A stretch of DNA of 46,660 bases, taken from positions 1-46,660 of the IMG/VR virus record IMGVR_UViG_3300047555_000001; one strand, written 5' to 3'. This DNA comes from a virus (lineage: Duplodnaviria > Caudoviricetes). A program made the translations under genes and the position numbers. The notes beneath the pieces were generated by a model. It was not told where the DNA came from, made no database searches, and saw only the letters and a list, made by a program, of their open reading frames with translations. This document shows, piece by piece, positions 9,533-18,097 of this stretch. Each line of letters begins with the position of its first letter. Positions within the stretch are counted from its first letter, which is position 1.

Positions 9533-9888
9533 GTTTGAGCATGGTTGGTCATGTTGATGCAGTATTTAAATCCGTCACAGCGGTACGAACGTCAACGAGT
9601 GAGGGCGGTTATGTCGATGGTGTATGGGTTCCGGGCACTTCTCTGACTGAATCATTTGTTGCCAACGTACAACCAGCGACAGATAGAGAAATTGATTTTC
9701 TGATCCAGGGTGGTGAGCGTGTTGTCGATGTGCGTCGGGTATATATCAACCGGGGTAACATGCAAAATATCGACCAAACGGGTGATTGGGAATTTCTTGG
9801 TCAGAAATGGAAAACGGTAAAGTGTGATAACCGTTACTGGCGCAACTACTGTAAATTACTGGTGAGTCGATACGATGAACAACCTTGA
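9529..9888 (+). CDS. putative head-closure protein
   Basis: Synteny; GGYVDGVW, ANVQP motifs. Confidence 0.6.
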   Translation: MSLSMVGHVDAVFKSVTAVRTSTSEGGYVDGVWVPGTSLTESFVANVQPATDREIDFLIQGGERVVDVRRVYINRGNMQNIDQTGDWEFLGQKWKTVKCDNRYWRNYCKLLVSRYDEQP

Positions 9889-10396
9889 GCTATTTCAAAT
9901 ACTGCGCCCCATCGTCCAAACTGTGACAGGTGTTCAGACTGTCATATTGGCAGACCAGAACCAGGCGGCACCGAAAGGCGAATATGTGACCATACGCCCG
10001 CGTCAATCAATTAATGAGCGTGGACAAGCCAACATTCGCACAAAGAATGTTCCGGGTGATAAAGTCAGTACCGATGTACGAGCGCAAATCATCGCCACAT
10101 GTAGCCTTAATTTCTATCGTGGCGAGGCGATGGCAAATGCTCAAAAACTGAAACAGTGTAATAAACGTCCTGATGTCAGCATGTCACTGTTTAAATCTAA
10201 AATCGGTTGGGGTGGTACTGATGCGGTCAATAACTTGACATCGCTACAGTCGAGCAATTGGGAACAACGCGCACAGGTTATGATTCGATTATTGTACGAA
10301 ACATCTGATGTTGTTGAAATTAATAATATTTTATCAACGCAGGTCATTCTACAGAATGAGAAAGGCACAACTTTGCAGATTATTGATGTTCCGTGA
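9875..10396 (+). CDS. putative tail terminator
   Basis: Directly upstream of sheath; 173 aa. Confidence 0.6.
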   Translation: MNNLELFQILRPIVQTVTGVQTVILADQNQAAPKGEYVTIRPRQSINERGQANIRTKNVPGDKVSTDVRAQIIATCSLNFYRGEAMANAQKLKQCNKRPDVSMSLFKSKIGWGGTDAVNNLTSLQSSNWEQRAQVMIRLLYETSDVVEINNILSTQVILQNEKGTTLQIIDVP

Positions 10397-10434
10397 TAAA
10401 CTGGCAATGATTGCAATCAATTGAGGTTACCTAA

Positions 10435-11577
10435 ATGTCATATCCAGCGGGAAATATCATCCCCATCAACGTAAGAATCTCGCCAACAGGTTTGGCTACG
10501 GCTAACTTTGCTAGTGCGATGCTATTTGCATCAGAAGCCGAAGCGCCGGTTAGTTTCATCAAAGATACATATCGCGAGTATTTTAATCTCAAATCGTTAC
10601 AAGCTGATTTTGATGATGATACTGAGACATATAAAGCAGGTTCTAAATGGTTAGGCGGTACACCTGCAACACGTTCTCTACGTGTATGGTGTCGTGCTAC
10701 AGCGGATGCTACATGGCCTGCATCACTCGCTAAAGCGTTTGATAAAACATGGTGGTATTGGACTATGGTTACAGCCACATCATATGCTGTACCTGAGGAT
10801 GTTATCGCCATTGCAGAATGGTGTGAAGCCAGTAATATCATGTTCATCAACGACCAAACAGGTGCAGCAGCTACGAAGATCCGCGACCCCGGTGCAAGTG
10901 ATGACATTGCTACACAATTAACCACTCTTGGTTATCGCCATGTGTATACAGCTTGTCATGCTACCGATTCGTACAGCGGTAATGCACTGGCTAAACATTT
11001 CGCAGCGGTGAATTATTCAGCTACACGTTCAACCATCACAGGCGAGTTTAAAAAGTCACCAGGTGTAGCGGCTGAGAGTTTGAGCGATACAGAATATGCA
11101 GCAATGCAGAAAGATACCAAAAAAGCTGTATTCTATACCGTTGTCGATTTGCAAGGTTCAACTGACCAAGGTCGTTGGTTAAATACTATCACTCACAGTA
11201 CCTATGGTGAGTTCATTGACGATGTTGTGAACTTGGATGCCATGATCAATGGTTTGACAGTTTCATTATTTAACCTACTGGGTGGTCAGGTAACAAAATT
11301 ACCACAGACTCCAGTCGGTCAGGCTATGTTAATTGGTGCCGCCCGCGCTGTAGGTGAACAATATATTCGTAATGGGTATCTGGGGCCACGTAACTACACC
11401 GACCCCGATGATGGTTTAGAAAAATATACAGTAGGTTATGAAATTCTGACCAAGCCGGAAGATATCCTTGATATCTCTGAAGCAGATCGCGATGCTCGCA
11501 AATCAGCAGCGTTGCGTATACGTTTATTCCGTGCGGGTGCTGTACATCAAGCGCCGGTTGACGTTGACGTTTATTAA
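10435..11577 (+). CDS. tail sheath protein (DUF3383-like)
   Basis: IIPINVRI N-terminus, FIDDVVNLD, KLPQT..G, AGAVH. Confidence 0.85.
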   Translation: MSYPAGNIIPINVRISPTGLATANFASAMLFASEAEAPVSFIKDTYREYFNLKSLQADFDDDTETYKAGSKWLGGTPATRSLRVWCRATADATWPASLAKAFDKTWWYWTMVTATSYAVPEDVIAIAEWCEASNIMFINDQTGAAATKIRDPGASDDIATQLTTLGYRHVYTACHATDSYSGNALAKHFAAVNYSATRSTITGEFKKSPGVAAESLSDTEYAAMQKDTKKAVFYTVVDLQGSTDQGRWLNTITHSTYGEFIDDVVNLDAMINGLTVSLFNLLGGQVTKLPQTPVGQAMLIGAARAVGEQYIRNGYLGPRNYTDPDDGLEKYTVGYEILTKPEDILDISEADRDARKSAALRIRLFRAGAVHQAPVDVDVY

Positions 11578-11592
11578 TAGGAGCCGTTAATT

Positions 11593-12006
11593 ATGGCATT
11601 GAATAATTTTAGTACGGATTTAACGGTTGTTACTGTTAACGGACGTCAGATCACAGACTGGGGCGACACTGCAACACCTGTTACCGATGAGCCGATTGAC
11701 CCACGTTCTACATTGCGTCGCGGCATGGGTGGTAATGCGATACGTCTTGATCGTATTAACCCCGGTCGTCGGGTTAATTTATATCTGAATCCCGGTGGTA
11801 CAGATAGTGCATTCATGCAGGGGTTGTTTAACTCAAACGCAAATATCACCTACACCTTCACTCAAATCGGCACGCTTGAAACAGCGGTTGGTACTGAGGG
11901 GGTAATGGTAAATGACGCATCACGTGGACGCGGCGGCACCACTATCAGCGATGACCAGTTCATTATGGAATTTAACGCGTGGACTGGTTTACGAGGTGGT
12001 AACTAA
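11593..12006 (+). CDS. tail tube protein
   Basis: 137 aa after sheath; VTVNGRQITDWG. Confidence 0.75.
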   Translation: MALNNFSTDLTVVTVNGRQITDWGDTATPVTDEPIDPRSTLRRGMGGNAIRLDRINPGRRVNLYLNPGGTDSAFMQGLFNSNANITYTFTQIGTLETAVGTEGVMVNDASRGRGGTTISDDQFIMEFNAWTGLRGGN

Positions 12007-12410
12007 TGTCACAGGTTAAATCGTTTACCATTGGTAACGTTACTTACAATGCGGCTATGGCATCAGCTATTCAACAGGACGAATTATTGAGCCTGTTGAC
12101 AGCATCGGTTATGCAGCGCGGGTTACAGGCTGCGTTGAGTGATACGAACATGGGCGAATATATCCTCGTTCCTATGTTCATGGCGATGCCTCAAGAAATC
12201 AAACGTCAAGTTGCCGGTAAACTACTTCATAAAACAGTAGTGAACGGCGGTAAAGACATCATCACTGTTGAAAATTTCAGCGGTAAGATGGTTGAATACA
12301 ACAAACTACTGTCGCAGTTATTGCAATGGAACCTATCCGATTTTTTTATTTGGTTGGAAAGCGCCCTAAAAGACGCCAGACCACCTCACCAAAACGACCC
12401 GGTGTTGTAA
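12006..12410 (+). CDS. tail assembly chaperone
   Basis: Between tube and tape measure; T-TTT-TTT slippery site at 12341-12347. Confidence 0.7.
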   Translation: MSQVKSFTIGNVTYNAAMASAIQQDELLSLLTASVMQRGLQAALSDTNMGEYILVPMFMAMPQEIKRQVAGKLLHKTVVNGGKDIITVENFSGKMVEYNKLLSQLLQWNLSDFFIWLESALKDARPPHQNDPVL

Positions 12411-12565
12411 ATTGGTATATGATGCGTCCATGTACCGGGATAGTGGGATTGTGTCCACCACTTTGCACATGGGCCGAATTGAACGACGGAACATATTCAC
12501 TTGCGGACGTTGAACGATTCAATCAAGCAATAGCTGAAATGGTCGCAGTAAGGGAGGCAGGGTGA
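12341..12565 (+). CDS. -1 frameshift extension of tail chaperone
   Basis: Open -1 frame (track ORF 12326-12565) with ELNDGTYSLADV motif. Confidence 0.6.
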   Translation, partial: FFYLVGKRPKRRQTTSPKRPGVVNWYMMRPCTGIVGLCPPLCTWAELNDGTYSLADVERFNQAIAEMVAVREAG

Positions 12566-12595
12566 AAACCCTGTCTTTATTTTTAGGGGGTTATA

Positions 12596-14056
12596 ATGTC
12601 GTCAGTTTTAACACAATTTCTCATCGGGATCGGCTGGCAGACCGATGATTTCAATAAGGGCGAACGCGAAATTAATCGCGGCCTTGAAAACGTCAAAACA
12701 AAAGTTACTGTAACTGGTGCTGCTATGGTGGGCGCTTTTATTGGTGTGGGGAACCAGGTGGCGGATGTTGCTCATAAGGTTAACAGTATGTCTCTAAATA
12801 CCAACACTTTGAACGCCAGTACACGATTCGTCAACAACTATGGGTTAGCCTTGCGTGGCCTCGGTGGTGATGCTGGTGACGCCGTAGGAGAAATCAAAGG
12901 GGCTGAATCAGCATTAATGGATTTACGTCTCAAAGGCGAGGCTGGGCCATTTGGTGGTGCATTGCAATTAGCAGGGGTAAGCGTTGACCCGTTGATGGTG
13001 GCTGAATCGGGCGCTGAGTTCATGCAAGAAATTGCTAAACAAATGCCGTCGCTAACAAAAGAACAACGATTATCAGTTCAACAAATCCTCAATCTTTCAC
13101 CAGCCGGTGTCGAACTATTAGCTAAAGGTGAAGCAGAATATAAAAAGATCCTAAACCATGTGAATGCGGTCGCTGGGTTAACCCCTGAATTGATTTCAAA
13201 CAGTAAAGAATTAAACGCTGCATTAGCGGAGACAGAATTGAGATGGGAGGGTATAAAAAACACAATTGCTCTCGGTATAATGCCGCGAATGACCGAAATG
13301 ATAAAAGCCAGTAACGAATGGGTTACCGATACCATTAAACCATTGGCTGAGAAAAGCCCCGTCAGCACTGCCGTAGGTGGTACAATGATAGGTGCTGGGG
13401 TAGGTGCTGGCGCTGCCGCCCCATTACTTGGTGCTGTAGGTGCAACAGGTGTGGGTGCTGCCGCTGGCGCTGCCGCTGCCCCTTTGGTTATATTGGGTGC
13501 AGGTGCTGTAGCATTCAATATGGACCAGAAAGATGTCAAAAACACCACTGGATTAGATTTACCAGAATGGATGTTTAAACCGATCGGCGAGCTGATCGAT
13601 GATAGCGGAATGAAGCCGGTTGCCAATCCTTACGGACGTGGTATATACAATCCCACAATAGAAAGTTTTTCAGCTCCTGACGCAGAAAAAGCATACGAAG
13701 GTGGTATATACAATCCCACAATAGGAAGTTTTTCAGCTCCTGATGTCGAAAAAGCATACGAAGGTGGTATATATAATCCCACAATAGGAAGTTTTTCAGC
13801 TCCTGACGCAGAAAAAGCATATGAAGGTAGCGGGTATGAGGACATCAAATCAGCATTTAGTAAAATATTTAGTACAGAATCACTCGCACCTACTCAAAAA
13901 GTAGAAGTGCAGTTGAAGTCATCAAATCTACCTCCTATTCAGAATAATATTACTGTAGAATTAGACGGTAGAACATTTGAACATAAAGTGATGGAAATTA
14001 ACGACAGACAAGCGCAAGGTGCGCAAGATGATTTGATGTCCACAACGGCGAGGTAA
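12596..14056 (+). CDS. tape measure protein
   Basis: Position; helical Ala/Gly-rich sequence; FLIGIGW start. Confidence 0.8.
   Translation: MSSVLTQFLIGIGWQTDDFNKGEREINRGLENVKTKVTVTGAAMVGAFIGVGNQVADVAHKVNSMSLNTNTLNASTRFVNNYGLALRGLGGDAGDAVGEIKGAESALMDLRLKGEAGPFGGALQLAGVSVDPLMVAESGAEFMQEIAKQMPSLTKEQRLSVQQILNLSPAGVELLAKGEAEYKKILNHVNAVAGLTPELISNSKELNAALAETELRWEGIKNTIALGIMPRMTEMIKASNEWVTDTIKPLAEKSPVSTAVGGTMIGAGVGAGAAAPLLGAVGATGVGAAAGAAAAPLVILGAGAVAFNMDQKDVKNTTGLDLPEWMFKPIGELIDDSGMKPVANPYGRGIYNPTIESFSAPDAEKAYEGGIYNPTIGSFSAPDVEKAYEGGIYNPTIGSFSAPDAEKAYEGSGYEDIKSAFSKIFSTESLAPTQKVEVQLKSSNLPPIQNNITVELDGRTFEHKVMEINDRQAQGAQDDLMSTTAR
13640..13828 (+). repeat. 3 x 63-bp in-frame tandem repeat
   Basis: GIYNPTI(E/G)SFSAPD(A/V)EKAYEG at 13640, 13703, 13766. 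Confidence 0.95.
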
Positions 14057-14057
14057 T

Positions 14058-14714
14058 ATGTCAATAATCAATGTATTTACCAAGCAAGCGCCTACGCTGG
14101 CTGGACATTCGTTCGATGCGGTGCTGGAAGATTCACTCGATGCATCGGTCGAGTGGACAACCTACCCGGTTGAATCAGGCGTGAATGTCAATGACCATCG
14201 GATTATTCAACCCATCAAATGGTCGTTGACGGGTGCAATCAGCAATAACCCATTACAGACACAAATCACTGATTTCCTCGGTGGTGCATTATCTAACCTG
14301 ACTAATAACCCTTACGTGGCAACTATTGCCGGTTTATCTGCGGGATTTCTAGCTGGTAGTAATGAAACTCGCGCCAGTTCGACATTAAACCTTCTGATTA
14401 ATTTAATGGTTGTTGGTGACCCGTTCGATGTGGATGCAGGTGATATTCAATTAAAAAATATGGTTATATCTCGCATTGGTCGAGTTAAAGACCCGTCGAA
14501 TGAGAACGGATTAATATTTGTTGCTGACCTGCAAGAATTAATCACTCTTGACCGACTGGCAACACTTGGACAACCACGTCAATCTCAATTGCGCGATGGG
14601 GATGTCGCTAAATCGGGTATGGCTCGTATAATTAATAAAGGTCAGCAACTTACAAGTGAAGCGCCCAAAGCGGTTAGCAACGCTGCAAATGAAGTGCTAG
14701 ATGGGATATTCTAA
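14058..14714 (+). CDS. baseplate/tail tube initiator protein
   Basis: FDAVLED, TTYPVESG..VNDH motif. Confidence 0.7.
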   Translation: MSIINVFTKQAPTLAGHSFDAVLEDSLDASVEWTTYPVESGVNVNDHRIIQPIKWSLTGAISNNPLQTQITDFLGGALSNLTNNPYVATIAGLSAGFLAGSNETRASSTLNLLINLMVVGDPFDVDAGDIQLKNMVISRIGRVKDPSNENGLIFVADLQELITLDRLATLGQPRQSQLRDGDVAKSGMARIINKGQQLTSEAPKAVSNAANEVLDGIF

Positions 14715-15010
14715 TGATTGAGATACCTCTTACAAATGGTTCGGCGAATGCACATCAAAAATTCAGCGTTCAATTAGGTGCGAATTATCTTGATTTTGAA
14801 ATCAATTTTATTTCATATCTTGATGCTCCTGCATGGACAATGAATGTAAAACGTGACGGGTATCCTCTAGTGTTAGGCGCAATGTTGGTTCCTGGCGCTG
14901 ATGTCATTTCCACATATCGAGCCGGAATAGGTCGGTTGGTATTCGTTGGTGACGATGTAACATTAGATAACCTTGGTACAAATAATCATCTGGTATGGGT
15001 GGAACAATAA
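14714..15010 (+). CDS. small baseplate protein
   Basis: 98 aa; synteny; TAATG coupling. Confidence 0.6.
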   Translation: MIEIPLTNGSANAHQKFSVQLGANYLDFEINFISYLDAPAWTMNVKRDGYPLVLGAMLVPGADVISTYRAGIGRLVFVGDDVTLDNLGTNNHLVWVEQ

Positions 15011-16428
15011 TGACAACACGCCGCCTATGGAGCATGGATATCAACGGTAGCCCTTTCATTCTTCCATCAGACAACCGCCAATTTAGAGTTACTTTTGATG
15101 TCATTGTAACCCCCGCTGAAACACTGAGTTTCGCTGATATCCGATTGTATAACCTTGCAAAAACGACTGAGATTACACAGAAAAAGTCTATTACTTTCCG
15201 CGCCGGTTTCACAAATGCAGTTGATACTATTTTCAGCGGCTACGTGACAAACGTATACCGCGAACGTGAGGGGGCGAGCGTAGTCACTCGTCTACTGTGT
15301 AAATCAGGTGATGCTCGTGAGGATAGAAACACCATAAATTCATCATACGGGCCTGGGGTTATGTTGGTTGATATATTAAAAGATCTGGCCCAGTCATGGC
15401 CGCGCCGATTAAATATTGATGAGTCTCAGTTTAACGATGTGGCACCTTTCAGTAGTGGGTATGTAGCGAATGGTGATATACCCACAATTCTTAATAAGTT
15501 AAAATACGCGTTTAATTTCGAATGGGTTCAAGATAGAGGGCAGATTGTCGTAACTCGCATTGATAAAAAACGCAACGGTGTCATATCGGAAGTTTCACAG
15601 TTTACCGGTATGATTGGTATACCGGAAGTTGCAGATGGGCCTAACGGTATAACTGTATTTGTGAGTCATACCCTCAACCCTTACTTCCGTATCAATGGTC
15701 GTATCAATGTTAAATCTGAATTTAGTACATTCAACACAGGTAACATGTTCGTCTCTGAAATGTCTGGCGATGCAAAGGCGTCTGGCGAGTATAACATATT
15801 CGCGTTGCGACACCGTGGGGATAGCTGGGGCAATCAATGGGTCAGTGAAATAGATGGTAAACGCGCGGGTACGACAACACGTACAGTAAGTACGGGTGCG
15901 TTAGTATGGGGCGGGGGTGCTAATGTTGACCAGGCTTTCCGTGCGAAGGTGCGGGAAATCGCAGAACGTTTGGGGTTCGACCCTAATTGGTTGATGGCTA
16001 TTATGGCATTTGAAACAGGTCGCACCTTCCTTCCTTCACAAAAGAATATAGGAGGTAGCGGGGCTACTGGTTTGATTCAATTCATGCCAGCCACAGCCAA
16101 AGGATTGAAACCACCAACCACAACAGCAAAGCTTGCTCGAATGACAGCGGTTGAACAATTGGACTACGTGGAGGCATATTTTCGACCTACTAAGTCACGC
16201 GTTCGTAATTTAGGGGATTGTTATATAACGGTATTAGCTGGCCCTAATTCTAGCGCAATAGGTCGCCCCGATAGTTACATAGTGTGGAGAGAGGGATCGC
16301 GTGAATATAATTCAAATAGAAACTTGGACGGTATAGACAAAACCCCAGTCAAAGGATACATAACCAGAGGTGACATGGTATACATGGTGAATAGGGAAAT
16401 GATAAGTGGTCAACAATTCGCTAAATAA
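15010..16428 (+). CDS. baseplate hub fused to lytic transglycosylase-like domain
   Basis: Hub motifs IRLYNL, TGMIGIPE, HRGDSWG; C-terminal AIMAFETG...ATGLIQFMP. Confidence 0.75.
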   Translation: MTTRRLWSMDINGSPFILPSDNRQFRVTFDVIVTPAETLSFADIRLYNLAKTTEITQKKSITFRAGFTNAVDTIFSGYVTNVYREREGASVVTRLLCKSGDAREDRNTINSSYGPGVMLVDILKDLAQSWPRRLNIDESQFNDVAPFSSGYVANGDIPTILNKLKYAFNFEWVQDRGQIVVTRIDKKRNGVISEVSQFTGMIGIPEVADGPNGITVFVSHTLNPYFRINGRINVKSEFSTFNTGNMFVSEMSGDAKASGEYNIFALRHRGDSWGNQWVSEIDGKRAGTTTRTVSTGALVWGGGANVDQAFRAKVREIAERLGFDPNWLMAIMAFETGRTFLPSQKNIGGSGATGLIQFMPATAKGLKPPTTTAKLARMTAVEQLDYVEAYFRPTKSRVRNLGDCYITVLAGPNSSAIGRPDSYIVWREGSREYNSNRNLDGIDKTPVKGYITRGDMVYMVNREMISGQQFAK

Positions 16429-16439
16429 AAAAAGCCCCA

Positions 16440-16817
16440 TTAAGGGGCTTCATTCATCTTCAGGAATACAATCATTGCAGCGCGAAGTGGGTTTGAGTCA
16501 TCGTGATAGTGAGTCGGGTTATTATCCCAACACCAGCACCCTTCAATCATGACCCCACCAACGTGTGCGCACCATGATTTTTCAGTTTCACTCCAATTAA
16601 GGCTGATTTTATTCTCAATAATGATGGGCCATGTTTCGTCTGGATTGTTGCAATAATCCGGCAAATAGCTAGTTTCATCCTCGATATCTCGATGAATAAG
16701 ATCATCGGTCATCAAAGTTAAATTACCTTCAATTTGTCTGTCTTGTTCAGGATGTTCCGAGCAAAGATAGACTTGAAAATTTATTTCAGGGTCAGTCATC
16801 TCGATATAGGATTCCAC
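16440..16817 (-). CDS. NinX-like protein
   Basis: DYCNNP..WPIIIENKISL...NPLRAAMIVFL. Confidence 0.7.
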   Translation of the reverse strand: MESYIEMTDPEINFQVYLCSEHPEQDRQIEGNLTLMTDDLIHRDIEDETSYLPDYCNNPDETWPIIIENKISLNWSETEKSWCAHVGGVMIEGCWCWDNNPTHYHDDSNPLRAAMIVFLKMNEAP

Positions 16818-16847
16818 TGTATTTCCTCTGTGTTGGTTGATGCACTT

Positions 16848-16876
16848 AATATATCAACCGTTGACGGACTAGTCAA
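16848..16876 (-). promoter_or_regulatory. palindrome-containing promoter
   Basis: TTGACT-17-TATATT; palindrome 16861-16876. Confidence 0.8.
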
Positions 16877-16891
16877 TGCTTTTATGCAAAT

Positions 16892-16998
16892 AAAAAAAAG
16901 CCCTCCGAAGAGGGCTACAACCTACACAGAGAGGATGATACAGTTTACATAGAGCAAAGCTGTAATAGTGTTACTACGACTCGTAGCATCTTTGCTCT
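16892..16998 (-). ncRNA. candidate trans-acting small RNA (~107 nt)
   Basis: Own promoter, 5' stem, unpaired anti-RBS segment, AGCCCTC-TTCG-GAGGGCT + T-run terminator; no convincing ORF. Confidence 0.6.
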
Positions 16999-17011
16999 AT
17001 GTAAACTGTAT
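16938..17011. repeat. perfect 22-bp inverted repeat
   Basis: ATACAGTTTACATAGAGCAAAG (16938-16959) / CTTTGCTCTATGTAAACTGTAT (16990-17011). Confidence 0.95.
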
Positions 17012-17033
17012 TGCAATTTGACGTGACTGTCAA
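17005..17033 (-). promoter_or_regulatory. palindrome-containing promoter of candidate sRNA
   Basis: TTGACA(17033-17028)-17-TACAGT(17010-17005); palindrome 17018-17033. Confidence 0.75.
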
Positions 17034-17066
17034 CACGTAAAACGTTAATATGTCGATAGAGGTGAT

Positions 17067-17753
17067 TTGATGATTAATAACTCAAATGTATACAGGGCAG
17101 CACATAGAGAACTATCAAAAGATACTTACACTTCCATACCGGGACATGTGCTTGCTTTCGATCCTAAATTACAGCGCGCTCAAATTCAGATAGGCATCAT
17201 CCGTGTGGATGTCAACGGTGCTGAGTTTAACCCTCCGCCGATTGTAGATGTACCAGTGCAGTTCCCCGGTGATGGTTTCTGTATGGAATTCCAGATAGAC
17301 CCAAACTGCGAGGGTATAGTGCATTTCAGCCAACGGTGTATAGATGCGTGGAAGAGTACAGGCGGTATCGCTAATAATCCTATCGGTCGCTTCCATGATA
17401 TGCAGGATGCCATGTTTGTGCCGGGTGTACGCTCTCAAGGTAATGTGATACAAGGTTTCAGTAATAACGGCGTGAAACTACGTAACAAAGCCGGTACACA
17501 ATATGCCTGGTTAAAGAATGACGGTTCAATAGACCTTAATAACGGTAGCGGTCATGTTACAATTGGTGCGGATGGTATAGTCAATATCAATGGTGTAATA
17601 TTCGATACATTGGGTAACGTCACCACGCCTACCATTGTTAAAGCTAAAACAGTTACAGCTACCGATTCATTAACTGTGAAAGGTAAAGAAATGAATGAGC
17701 ATGTTCACAGTGGTGTAACAACGGGTACAGGTAACACGGGGAAACCGGTATGA
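17067..17753 (+). CDS. baseplate spike (Gp138-like)
   Basis: TSIPGHVLAFDP, FSQRCIDAW, RFHDMQDA, C-terminal HVHSGV. Confidence 0.85.
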   Translation: MMINNSNVYRAAHRELSKDTYTSIPGHVLAFDPKLQRAQIQIGIIRVDVNGAEFNPPPIVDVPVQFPGDGFCMEFQIDPNCEGIVHFSQRCIDAWKSTGGIANNPIGRFHDMQDAMFVPGVRSQGNVIQGFSNNGVKLRNKAGTQYAWLKNDGSIDLNNGSGHVTIGADGIVNINGVIFDTLGNVTTPTIVKAKTVTATDSLTVKGKEMNEHVHSGVTTGTGNTGKPV

Positions 17754-18097
17754 CAGTTCGTTTATTAGATGAAAATGGTGACATTGTCACACGTGGTGAA
17801 CAATTCACTACTGGTCAAACTGAAATAGCTCAAACAATTAAAACACGTTTAGCATTGTTCCTGGGTGAGTATTTCCGTGACGTCACCGATGGTACACCAT
17901 GGTTTGAGCAAATCCTTGGTAAAGGTGTCGGTAATGATACTCGCGAAGCGGCATTACGTAACCGGATCGCTCGATCGCCTGGTGTCATCCGATTAACTTA
18001 TTTCTCTGCTGATTTCGATATCAATTCGCGTAAATATAGCGTGACAGCGGGTGTACTAACTCAATATGGTACGGACATGGTGACAGTCAATGGCTGA
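17750..18097 (+). CDS. baseplate wedge subunit
   Basis: LDENGD, IAQTIKTRL..FLGEYF.D...GTPW. Confidence 0.75.
   Translation: MTVRLLDENGDIVTRGEQFTTGQTEIAQTIKTRLALFLGEYFRDVTDGTPWFEQILGKGVGNDTREAALRNRIARSPGVIRLTYFSADFDINSRKYSVTAGVLTQYGTDMVTVNG

Noticed and set aside
13640-13828. CRISPR-like array
   Set aside because: Contiguous in-frame coding repeats with no unique spacers
16734-16952. Plus-strand ORF ending MIQFT
   Set aside because: Antisense to the NinX-like gene, crosses a terminator, and GAGG abuts the internal ATG with no spacing
16938-17011. tRNA gene
   Set aside because: Branched fold but no T-arm GTTC or D-arm consensus, no CCA, and the stem is too long
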